From assembly GCF_000485595.1 (NCBI RefSeq), contig NW_014577074.1:619110-683109 (forward strand): a stretch of DNA of 64,000 bases. Direction: 5' to 3'. Numbering within the stretch: the first letter of the stretch is position 1; the number at the start of each line of letters is the position of its first letter. Below are positions 47,601 through 59,600 of the stretch, piece by piece. The stretch is from Priapulus caudatus (taxonomy: Eukaryota). The position numbers and the translations under genes are program-made. A model generated the notes under the pieces. That model was not told the origin of the DNA. It worked only from the letters and a program-made list of their open reading frames with translations, and did not search any database.

Positions 47601-50600
47601 AAAGCTGCGTTGCTGTGAAAAACACCAGTGGCACTTAGATTATCAACTCACAGGTGTCCTCATGGGGTGCCAAAAAATATCCATTAACAGTAATAGTAAG
47701 TATGAATTTTTGCTATAGCACCATATACTTGTATCATGGCAATCATATTAGGCCTAAAAATTACGCAGTAGAAAAATAATCAATTGTTGCCAAGCCAGTC
47801 AGCATCCCATGGGACGATGCTGACAGAGGGGATATGTGCAGGGCATTGACTGCCATTTCAATTCGGCAACAGACAGCAGAGTAATAATTGGAGTAGTACA
47901 ATAATCAGTTATAATAGCATCGGTTATACCATGCCAATTTACTACATTAAGGCCTAAGAAATATTCAGGAGAGCAAGAATAAATTCTTGTCAAGCCAGTC
48001 AGCTTCCCCTGGGACGATGGTGACACAGGATCATCATATATGTGAAGAGCATTAGCTGCCATTTCAATACAGGCAACAGGCACCAAAGTAATTGGAGTGG
48101 TACAACGATGAGCCGTAAGTTCCTTGGTATACTCCGAGCGAGAGACAGCGCGTAGGCAGCAGTCGGGAAGCCATCATTGAGTCTGTGCTCGCCCTGCCAT
48201 CAGGGTGCAAGCGAGAGACAGCGAATAAATAACAGTGTTGCACTGACAAGGCCGACAAGACAAGGCTGCATGAGCTTCTATCACCGTAGCAGATGATGAC
48301 GATGCTTGCTCTCCTGCTGTTAGTCTGCTCACTGAAGTCAGTCTGTGCGCTAACTTGTCACGACTGGGATGGGGCAACACTAGGATCCAACGCTGCGTTT
48401 CAAGGGAAAACAATCAAGGACAACGAAATTAACGGTACCACGCCTTTGACGCTGAGGTATGTAGAAACGATCGGTTGTGATTTTGTTACATGAACAGTAT
48501 TGTGCAACCAATTTAGTTAAACAACTTATACAACTTATTACACGATCAAGCTGATGTGCTTACCAAGACCTTTTCTGTCAGCGTATCGATAGCTCTTCCC
48601 CTTTTTTAAATAAACCTCAGCTAAACGACTATATAGGACATCATCTAGCAGTTGTGTATTTGCATGCACTATCTCATATTCACTGGCTCACATACCACAA
48701 TTGTTAGTATAGTCGCAGCATTAACACACTTCGTTTAATCCAGTTCCAGCCGTAACAGCCTAACGTGTTTGGCAACCTGCATAAACGATCCAGATTGCTT
48801 CTCCGTCAACTACCAACAAGAAACTAGGGAATGCAAGAAATTCTCTGATGACTGGTACCGAGCTATGCCCAAGTTAGTTAACTCCACTGGCTGGGATTTC
48901 CTCTATCTGGTAAGCTAGATCAGATGTCATAGGCTGTTTTGTTACTAGTTAACTAGTACTTTCAACACTATGATATTGTCTTGAAATGAGAAATAACCAA
49001 AACAACGTTCCGATGCAGATGGATAAAGCTACACCTCTGGGCATGATTGACAAAACTATACCAGATGAGGCTCTATTGGGACAAAAAGTCAAACGCCCCA
49101 TAGGATTTGCGCGACTTGGTCAAGATTATGCGTGGGGGCCTCTTATAAACCAGAAGATGACAGTAGACCTGGGATCAATAGCACAGATGGTTGGAATTAC
49201 ACACAAGGTGAGGTGTACAGTACAATTCCACAGCATGCCGTAAAAAACGAAATATATTTGTGGCCAACCTTGCATAATAGAAGCAAGCTAGTAATTCAAC
49301 TTTCATCCTCGCAGCCGATTTCATCTGAGAGATTTTGTTGCTTTTGTCACTTTCAGGGATGCAAGTCATGCACTATTGCGAGATGGCTTGAAAAGTACAC
49401 TCTGTCATATTCCTTCGATGAAATCAGCTGGGAAGATTTGCCGGTAAGCTAATTGCACGTAAATAACCAACGCGGATAACATCAAATAGAAAGTTCTGTT
49501 TTACCCACTACTAAGATTTGATCTTTTTAACGTTTGTAACATACCTGGAAATAAAGAAATTGTAAAAAAAAGATTTGATCTTGATTAAATACTTTCGGTT
49601 AGAGCTGTGAGAATGTCCAGTCATCTAATGGATATACAACAGTGGCACTGTCGTAAGCTGCTTGCAACTTCTTACAGGAGCTGAATGGTAACACCGATAC
49701 AGACACCCCCGTCCACGACCAGCTTGACTTCACGGCTAGATATCTTCGTATCACCGCGGGAAAAACGTACAGTGCTAGAGAAGGCGCTGGAGGATTTCGC
49801 TTTGAGGTGTACGGATGCAGGTTAGAGTGATGTAATCATGGATCGTGCGTGTGTGAACGTGGAACGACATCATCATAACGGTTCCTGTCAGAAACCAACG
49901 GTGAACAGTTCCCGCGTGGAACATTTTACCAAATTTAGAAGTTTCACACGGTTTCACCACTAGGTGCAGCTCAATTTTTATTATGAGCAACTAGAGTTTG
50001 AACAAATTTAGGTTAATCACGTCGATCACGGTAATCGTCATCAACAACCGTGTTTAACCAGGCAGTTGTCGAGCGATGTGAACCTTGGTTACTACATGGC
50101 TGTTGTGCCATATCTCTTCTACTAAGTCTTATATGATCATTTGCTAGAAGTCTTCTACGATCGCACGATTAAGGGCAGCTAACAGTGAGCTGTTAGTCAA
50201 ATTCCTTTGGCATGTGTATAATGCACGTGAGTATATAGAAGTCTACATTTGCTTTTTCGTGGGATTGAATTGATTTGTGTGTAAAGATTGCATATTATCA
50301 ACTGTATAAGCAACAATGAGCTGTTTTGGCATACACTTGGCGAACGCCCTGTCAGAGGGATATAGAAAATGGTTTTCATGATTACTAATGCATATCTATT
50401 TATATATTGGGCGTGTCCTGCTGCTGCTGCTGCTGCTGCGACGCACTTGGTCGATATTACTGGTGCGTGGGTACCACTTCTACAGCATGGTTACTTAAGC
50501 TGCGTTTGCACTATAGATTTTTGTCAGCAAATCGTACCAATTGTCCATCTTGCCCCCGATGTGACCCCAATTACTGTAGTTGTATGTAGATTGCAGCACT

Positions 50601-53600
50601 GCAGTACTGAAACACTGCAGTAAGAAGATGGACAATGGAGGAAGAAGACGTCTGTGCGCACCTGCTTATTGCATTAATGGTGAAAAACAAAAACAAACAA
50701 AAAACGAAGAAGAAGAAGGCATTGGGTACGGCCATGAATAGGCAGAAGACCCCAATTAGGCGTTTATAACAGGTTATTACCCGAATTACTAAACGAAGAC
50801 AAGGAAAGCTACCGAAACTTTCTTCGGATGTCAAAGGAGGAATTTGACTACATATCAGGGTGCGAAATTAACGGGAGTCCAGAGTCAAATACTCCCCGAT
50901 TTACTGTCGGACTCCCTGATTTGACATATGCAGGCGTCCGTGTGACTCCCTGAAAATTCTGCCATACTAACTAGTTCGTTCCGGAGCACGGCCTCGCGGA
51001 ATTACTGTTTTTTTTCAGATAATGTCCTGCATGAATCTTAAAAATAAGCACATGCGTTATTCTTAATATCTTTAATTTTGAACCTCAGACTGCGGACTCC
51101 CTCATTTTGCTGCGGACTCCCTCTTTTTGAGGGTAGGGAGTCCAACGAAGGTTTTCTACCCCTGCATATTATGGCAAGTTAAGCCATACATTAAAAAAAC
51201 AACAACGCACCTACGTCAAAGTTCACGTATCACGTGAAAGTTTTAAGCCAATTAGATTTATCCAACTCGCCGATTTCACGCATCCGAGTCGTGCAAAATA
51301 GAAGACGTTCTATTTCTCCAACTCGGCGACTTGACTCCGACTCCGACTCGCCGTTTACACTATCGATTTTCAGCTGATTAGTTGGAATGCACTTGAAATC
51401 GGTACGATTTGCTGACAAAAATCTATAGTGTAAACTGTAAATGCAGCTTTAGACCAATCGATCGTACTAGGTCCCTATATACAGAGAATTGCGACAACCC
51501 AGGATTTGACGCCATATTGTTTCCAAATGGATCCACACTGCTGCCGCTCAAGTACAGCGCTGTATGGATACGCTGTACAATGGTCCGTAGTAATTAATTA
51601 GACTAATCGTGCTTCAATAAACTCAAAATTCACAGAGATTATAGCTAAGACATGTGTCTATGTGTATCTAGATTTCTAGAAATGTTACTCAAATCGTTCG
51701 CGCCATATGATGGTTTAATTATACACTTTCTTACCGCCCATAGCCGTGCATATATTAGCCTGTGCGATACCGCGCGTAGATACTTGCTATAATTAATTAA
51801 ACCACTCGCGCTTCAATAAACTCAAGAATCACAGAGATCATAGATAACACATGTGTCTGTATGTATCTAGATATCTAGAAATGTAACTCAAATTGTTCGC
51901 GCCATAATAATATTATGATAGTTTAATTGTACACTTTCTTACCGCCCATAGCCGTGCGTATATTAGCCTGTGCGATACCGCGCGTAGATACTTCCTATAA
52001 TTAATTAAACCACTCGCGCTTCAATAAACGACATATTTATTGCACTCATTGCACCCATAAGCACAGCAGCCAGTCATTTTGGAAGAAAATGACAACTGTA
52101 ATTCACAAGATAAATGCGTTCCACTCTCCACTCGCTCGCGGCTGTAACATGTGTTTTTCACGTGTTGCATGAATTAGTCAGTGAAGCTATCCTAGGAGTT
52201 GTTGTAGTAATAGTCTATCTAGAGTCCCTATATACAATTTATCCCTTTGTATATAGGGACCCTAAGTCTATCTAGACACAGCGTCGCGCATCTTGTTGCG
52301 GCTGCATTGATGTTACAGGTTCTGGTTCTGGTCGCAAGAGAAAGCACACGCGCGTGTGCGTGGTTTTGTGTCTCTTTGTGCGATGTGTCTACACTTACAT
52401 CCTTATATATTATATCCCTTAATTACCTTATATCCCTTTGTATATAGGGACCCTATCTACACTGTGCCTCGTCTATGCGACGAACCTTAACTCGAGTTAT
52501 GCGTTAACTCGAGTTAGCGATTATGGAGCGTCTACACGACAATATAGGGATGTATCTAGGGACCCTAGATCGTACAACATCATGGCTCCATCTTCTGGGA
52601 ATTTTTATATTTTTCGCATCGTTGCTAGGGGCGGCATCATTAGATGTGAACGTGGCTGAATTTTGATGCATTTCCATCGACCTTACCGCAAAGCGCTCGG
52701 TTTATAATTTTCTTACTATTGATACAAAGGTAAGCCAGATATGCAAAAAATATGCACACAAATACAGCCAAATTGGCACATTTTGTGCAGTTTTCATAGT
52801 TTCAGTGTCCCTGTCTCGGCTCTCACGCGCGACATTATTCTGACCCGTAGCCGAGGCATGCAGCGACTCGCCAAAACTGCAGATGCGCGAAGCGCCGAGG
52901 CAGCTCGTTAGAAAATAATAGGTAAATGCTTACAGCATGTTTTGACCTTGCTATGCAATTTTATCATAGCCTAATAAAGTGATTTTACAGATGTTATACC
53001 TAATAAAACTAGATTACTATGATGTAGGTGTATCGGCAAGGTGTCTTTTGAATAGGTGTATGTTAGTTGTGGGGGTGGAGAAGACTGCTAGCATTGCCGT
53101 CACCACCACCGTAGTAATAAATTACTTGCAGGTCGCGCAGGCCACGCCAAAAATAACACACGATGAGTTGTAGTAGACATGTGCACCACATGTCTACCAC
53201 AACTTACCCAGAGCTGATGTAGACTACATACGTACTAAAGTCATAATAAGTAGTATCTAGTTGCACCGTATACTTGCAATACATGTCACATACATTTCTG
53301 ATGGACATTTCTCTGTGAAGATTTTTCATTTCTCTGTGCTGTTGTGATTTAATTGTGTTGTGGACTAATAAAAACTAGAAACGAGCAGTTGTCGCCAACT
53401 ACACGTATCCCCCGTGATCTAGTATGAATGGAATATCTGTGTAAGGACGTAAAAGGCAGGTAAAGTTAAATAAGTCACAAAGACAAAGGTTTGTTAGACA
53501 ACTGGTGTGCCTCAGATGTGCAAGTATATAGAATCTGGTTACCCTAGGAGGCCGAAGAGGAAATGTAAGTCGATGGTAAAAATCAAACTAAGGTCAAGGG

Positions 53601-56134
53601 TAATAGTGGTTTGGTATGTGACAGACCTTCTCCCCAAGATGTGTAAGCATACCAAGTTTGGTCGCGCTAGGTCAATTAGGGGCTGAGTTAGAGAGCGGAA
53701 GGGAAATATGATCAAGGTCAAGGTAAAGGTGAAATAAAGGTCGCAGTGACCTGGTGGGGCAGTTTTTACCCGATCTCGGATGATGTTCAAATTAGGCATG
53801 AAGGTGCGTTATGGTAAAGCGAAGACGCCAATCGTTTTTGGTGTGGGCGGAGTCATCGTTACCATGGTAACAACATTTTTGTGGAAATATTGTAGAACCT
53901 GTAACTTGTGCTGTTTTTACCCGATTGTCATGAAATTTCTATTTGTATTAAAATTTATATTTAAATTTATATATAGGTATATAATGTTATATATATATAT
54001 AGTATTTTGATGACAATCATAAATTTAAATACAAATTTTAATACAATGTTAAATTTAAATTTTTATTTTTAAATTTTATTTTTAAATTTTAATATAAATT
54101 TAAATATAAATTTTAATACAAATAGAAATTTCATGACAATCGAGTAAAAAGTGCAGAAGCTACAGGTTCTAGAATATTTCGTCAAAAAATGTTGTTACCA
54201 TGGCAACGATGACTCCGCCCACACCAAAAACGATTGGCGTCTTCGCTTTACGATAACGCACCTTCATGCGAAATTTGAAGATGATCCGAGAAGAACTGCA
54301 GCCGGTAGAGCGTTCACAAGGAAATCTCTGCGGCGGCGGCGCGACGATGCCAAACCCAATTATAATCTAGACATAACTAATATTGCAATGAATAAAAATA
54401 ATTTTGCTAATTATATGGTATTGGTATACTTTTATCGTTTGTCTCCGCCTGTCTTCACCCATTTTCTTAGCTTCTGCTTCTAGCTCTTTCTGTTTTTGTG
54501 CTTCCCGCTCTTTTTCTTGAATTGTTATCCTATCCCTCCTAAAATGTATATAATTAATTCATTAGTACACATGTAATTTTTTGTATGCAACAGAATTTTT
54601 ATACAACTACCTTTAGGACTGGTTCATATCTAGTAACGTTTAATTGACAGTAGGTTTCCACTGCTACTTTTAAGAGTATGGGTTGATATATCATCATAAC
54701 TAATAAATTAAATTAAAATGCTATATTTTAAAAATGACATGCAATAAAACTGTTTAGATTATGTGCTTAGAGACTAATTGCAATAAGAATTATACACATG
54801 ATTTACCTACAAGATGTGGAAAAAAGTATGTACTTACACTTAGTTCTTACTTACTTTCTAACAAAAACGGGTTTGAGTCTTGGTGCTGATTCATCTTCCG
54901 AGTCAGAGTACTCTTCATATTCACTTGACTCATGTGCACTCTCCTCTCCTGATTTCTCTTCCTCTACGTCCATCAGTTCCTGAATAAGATATCTAAAACA
55001 TTCAGCTACAGTTCAAGGTAATTTTTCTATGGTGTCTAAAATTGTAGCATATTAGCTCATCTAGTAATTAACCAAGTGAGACACCTAAATCGTCCTACCT
55101 CTTCTTTCTGTTTCTCTTTAGCACGTTCTCTGAGCATTCTCCTCCTCCTCTCAAGCTCCTCTTCATCTAGCTCCTCCTCATCATCATCTTCACTACTCTC
55201 ATCATCAGGTCGATGTCTATGCACAACCCTTTCTTCCTCTTCCTCGTCTTCATCACTACTTCTGGCTAATACTTCAGGCCGATGAATGTGTCTGTGTCTT
55301 TCGACCCTGTATTCAGGATGAAGTATTAAAAAGTAGCAGGTGTTAGAAGTATGTGTCACACTGTTTTTGAAGGGAAGCATTATAATTGGTTTCCTCTTAT
55401 AATAAATGAAACACGCTACGCAACATGATATGTCCATAATTATTATTACGTGCATCACACTCTAGTTACTTGGAACATGATTATATATACCAAACGTGCA
55501 CATAATCCCAGTGAGTGAAGTTATGGTTAGCCATTCTTCACCCTTACCTCTCCTCTCTGTCTATGTGTTGCTGCTTCAGTCTTCTTAGACGTGGATCATC
55601 TTTTTCTTTCTCATCTTCCTCATCTCCTGATGGAATGTGCTCTCTAACTTTCTGGATGACGAAGTCCTCGTCTTGCTCGTCTTCACTAGATGAACCACCT
55701 GCATACTCTGGCCGTTTTCCAGACACGTATCGACTGACTTTGACTTTCTGCATCACAAATTCACCTAAAAGGGGTTTGAAAATTATTATGTAAACATATA
55801 CAATAATTAATTTATAATCTCGATATTCTAACATTCGTAAACATAGGCCCAAGGATAGAGAACATGGATGATGGGTCCCAATAAAACCAATGTGCCTAAC
55901 CCTAACCCTAATCCTAACCCTAGCCATAACCCTAACCTATTATATTGATGTAAATGACATTGGTTTTATTGGGACCCATGTTCTCTATCCTTGAACCTAA
56001 ACATAAACAATTTACGGCACACAGTAACAATACACTGTACGTGTACGCTGTCTGTACTTGCCCTTATCATTTCTAACAGCTACAGCCCCAGCTGTAGACT
56101 GAATCGGTGTTGGTCCTGCTGGAAGCTTCTCCAT
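44638..56134 (-). CDS. MFAP1: Microfibrillar-associated protein 1 (spliceosomal B-complex protein)
   Basis: Exons 56134-56062 (GC donor), 55764-55548, 55306-55099, 54979-54855, 54538-54430, 46247-46087, 45751-45592, 45321-45232, 44826-44638. [81 protein letters not shown]. Confidence 0.96.
46462..47101 (-). mobile_element. HINE-like family 1 copy
   Basis: Same termini and tandem units as 19702-20612. Confidence 0.75.
47208..47486 (-). mobile_element. Short HINE-like element (family 3)
   Basis: Subterminal inverted ACCTCCGCCA/TGGCGGAGGT, terminal hairpin CCGCCAAG-CCC-CTGGCGG, AACTAG end. Confidence 0.6.
47748..48106. repeat. Diverged tandem duplication, 200-bp period, upstream of the nested gene
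   Basis: caagccagtcagc.tccc.tgggacgatg.tgaca...ctgccatttcaat...ggcaacag...gtaat..ttggagt.gtacaa occurs at ~47790 and ~47990. Confidence 0.8.
48293..49830 (+). CDS. Secreted PAN/apple-like + F5/8 type C (discoidin) domain protein, ~252 aa, nested antisense in MFAP1 intron 5
   Basis: Exons 48293-48456, 48744-48909, 49019-49207, 49357-49443, 49678-49830 (759 nt, all GT-AG, no stops). Signal peptide [22 protein letters not shown]-like [16 protein letters not shown]...C; F5/8C motifs PLGM, ARL..AW, VDLG, YTLSYS.D, GNTD, ARYLRI, RFEVYGC. Confidence 0.85.
50498..51448 (+). mobile_element. Deleted PIF/Harbinger transposon with transposase N-terminal remnant and nested hAT-like MITE (50856-51164)
   Basis: TTA|AGCTGC...GCAGCT|TTA; encodes [51 protein letters not shown]. 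Nested MITE has TSD CATAT; a partial copy of it lies at ~37937-38052. Confidence 0.8.
51591..52029. repeat. ~200-bp tandem repeat (about 2.2 units) within a TIR-type element (~51460-52575)
   Basis: taattaatta..cgcttcaataaactcaa...ccgcgcgtagatactt unit repeated; flanking GGTCCCTATATAC / GTATATAGGGACC motifs. Confidence 0.7.
53373..54360 (-). mobile_element. HINE-like family 1 copy with an internal ~190-bp inverted repeat
   Basis: Family-1 terminus at 53373; 53790-53975 is inverted relative to 54090-54275. Confidence 0.65.
55846..55997. mobile_element. Telomeric-repeat-bearing MITE, family A copy 2
   Basis: Same TIRs as 39016-39284; (CCCTAA)n core; TA flanks. Confidence 0.85.
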
Positions 56135-56658
56135 GATTACTTGCAAAGCGACTAACTGCAATACTGCTAAACGATTATTCAAAGAGTGCCTGTGCACTTA
56201 GTTAGCAGTATTAATATATGGTAATGACAGTTACAATCGAAGTTGGCTGCATGTAAAATAAACTGAGAAACTGTTTATGCGACCATGACACTACTAGAGC
56301 CCGCTAGAGGACGCTGTCACGCTGTTCAGAAACAAGAAATAGATGTTAGCTAGTAAAGCTCAAACAGTTACAATTATTCAATTATTTACGTTTTGTACAT
56401 TTAAAATTATAAATTTTTAGCATCATAGTGGTTACAGAAACATTTCTTAAATAAAAATAGGTCAAAAGGCGTAGTCTGCGCATGCGCGCAAATGTCAACA
56501 AATATGGAGGGTTTGAACCACGCTATGTTATTATTTTGTCAAAACAAAACAGTAAAAGCGGAGTAGTTGGTATTGAATGGGTTTTCGTTTGACGTGTGCT
56601 GTAAATTTTGTTGCTCGAAGCTTACCCCGTTGACATCATATTCTTAGATATCAGTGAC
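56135..56658. promoter_or_regulatory. Bidirectional promoter region MFAP1/PKMYT1
   Basis: Divergent ATGs separated by 524 bp; NRF1-type TGCGCATGCGCG 56477-56488; CHR-like TTTGAA 56512-56517. Confidence 0.65.
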
Positions 56659-59600
56659 ATGCATCAAAAGACACCTAGCCGGCCCACTCCAAAGTTCTTT
56701 GGACAACAACAAAAATTTTCTACTAAAAAGGTTTTGTAGCTTGCTAGGCCCTAGTTAATAAGTGATACAATATTTGATTACATAATGGAAATATATTATT
56801 GGATGGTTGAGAGCCTAGGTATACGTAATACAGCATAAATATATATTATTAGTATTAATATAAGGAATAAGCACTAACAATATGAATATGAACAAACTGA
56901 AGCATTGTGACCATAGCCATAGGCATAAGGGTACCACCTATAAATATATTATGTGTCTATCTGAACCACACTATTACTTAGTGTTAGTGAATGCTAGTAC
57001 AACTGTCGAACGGACACATTGTGTTATGTAGAAGGGTATGTAACCTCACAATCAAATTCATATTAGTTTGTCCAATTTCACCTTGCGTTACCTTACAAAT
57101 CAGCCTTCTCAATGTTGCCTTTCCACACTCGTACGAAATATTCGGCCTGCGTTTGTACACTCTGTCACGTGACAATAATAATGAAGTTTAGCAAAGCAAT
57201 GTGTGACCCGTAAATTTTAACCAGAGTAATGAGCAGAGCGTGTTTACAACCAAGCATGCGTGCACGAATGCACGCTGCAGAATCCTCTGTTACACCTGGA
57301 CCGGCAGATGCGTTTTGAATTGCCAACCACTGCTTATAAATGCAGATGATTTTTAATTGAAAATTCATTAGTCTAGAAACCAGCAGTGAAATTAGGCAAA
57401 CCTATGTGAACTTGGCTGTAATGTTATATGGTTATAAATGACGCAGGGTGTCAGTTATTCTAGTGTGATGTAGCATAGCCATAGATAGCCATATTCTACC
57501 TTTAAAGGGCCATTCTCCCTATATTCATTAATGTATTAAATCAAAGTAGTGCTCTATGTAAGCATTATGTCCATAAAAATATTTTTATTAATTATACTTG
57601 ACACAAAAGCTGCCTTGTTCAAACCTTGCATTGCATGACGTACTTGGGTGTGGAGTAATATTTACACAGCAACTTCAGAGTCGGTCGACTCTACAGGGTA
57701 TACATATATGTGTATTATTGGGGCATGAAAATGGTAGGTAAATAAGCTGATATATGTAAGCTCAGATATCTATTAACGAAAGTCAGTTGGATAAAGAGAT
57801 CATTATACATGTTCTAAATTCTACTGCATTTTCTGAAGCCTTTTAATTTTATAGGGAGAATGCCATTGTAATTGCATAAAATGGAGGCTGTGGTTTATTG
57901 AATGACGTCAACCAAATTATTCAAATATATTTATAAATCATACACGTGCTATGATTTGTTGGTGGTGCTGCCAAGCTGTAATAACCATGATGGTTATTAA
58001 AGCTGCACTATGCGCATCCAAATGCTAATTTCTCCAGTACTAGACTAGCAAATACTTCGTGTCATGCATAATCACACTACCTTATGGCAAAATAAACTCT
58101 AGTTCCTCCCATTTCAGTGCGCATTTGCTTAAAGGCATAATTCGACCATCGATTATGCAATTTTAACGAATGCTACAGTAACTGGCACCTTGTGTAGTTA
58201 ATAAGTACATTACCTTATAGCCAAACGCGTATTAGTTTGTCCAATATCACTGCTGGTTACTAAGAAATGTCTAATTGAAATCCGCAGTCCAAGAAATCGG
58301 TTGTTGACAGCTACAAACCGCCATGCCGGCTGTAACCGGCCAGAACTGGCGAGGCGGTGTCATACAGATTATAGTGCACCGGACATTTTCGCACGTATGC
58401 TCGGCCGTCAGTGATTTCGATCCTTGTAGTCTGAGTGCGCATTCCGTACGTTATGGTTTTACTCTTGGGATTCGGGAATAAATGAATATACGTTCTTGAG
58501 ATTACAAGCAACATATAATATGTGGCAACTAGGCAAATAATAACACTAGGCAAACAATTTACCCGGAACAAACAATTCGATGCTCAACATCGTTAAGCAA
58601 CATGTGACGTCACCGAACCGAACTCGATGTTTATTTTGTTGGCCATAAATTTCGCGTTGTCGCCAGATTACCAAATTTACGGATTTCAATTAGACATTTC
58701 TTAGTAATTAGCAGTGATATTGGACAAACTAATACGCGTTTGGCTATAAGGTAATGTACTTATTAACTACACAAGGTGCCAGTTACTGTAGCATTCGTCA
58801 ACTTTGCATAATCGATGGTCGAATTATGCCTTTAAAACTCACAAGAAAGAGGTGCGAAATCTGGTAATCTGGCGCCAACGCTAAATTGTTTGCCAAACAA
58901 TTTCGCCAAGAAACGGTTAGGTGACGTCACATGTTTTTATCTTTGCTACACGCATACCGCTGTACTGCAGCACCGCTGTGCGGTTGCTCGGCAGGGCAAC
59001 GCGAAAGTGTCAACAACATCGGAGAATTTGAACAACATTGGAGGTATTTTCAAACGTCTTTTATAAGACAACGCGCAGTGAAATGGGAGGAACTAGTTTA
59101 TTTTGTCATATAAGGTAGTATGATTATGCATGACACTAAGTATTTACTAGTCTAGTACTGGAGAAATTAGCGTGTAGATGCGCATAGTGCGGCTTTAAGC
59201 ATATATGTTTATGTGTTAATAACTTAATATGTGTTATTCGCTAAAGCAATTGCTAAAATGTTCACTAAAACAAAAGCTTGCATTTTTCAGGAACGTGGTA
59301 CTCCTAGGGATGCCCTTCCACCAAGACCGCCTGTTAAAAGTGCACCACCAATTAGCAGAGTTTTTAGTAACCGAAATGAGTTGCAACGAGCCAGAGCAGT
59401 ATCGTTCGTGTCTACATCTGACTGTATCCTTTCATTTTAATTTGATTATTGCATAAACATGTGTTTGTAATGATAGATATGTTAGAGAGTGGGCTTTAAT
59501 GTCTAACAGAATTATAATCAGTATGTAACCAGATTTCAGATAAATATTTTATAAAAAAACAACTCTAAAGAAATATATAATTTATATAATATTTTTTCTC

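Noticed and set aside
54420..54429. MFAP1 intron 5 donor GTATACCA as a U12 site
   Set aside because: Mismatches the U12 consensus and there is no U12 branch site near 46248; treated as a weak U2 donor.
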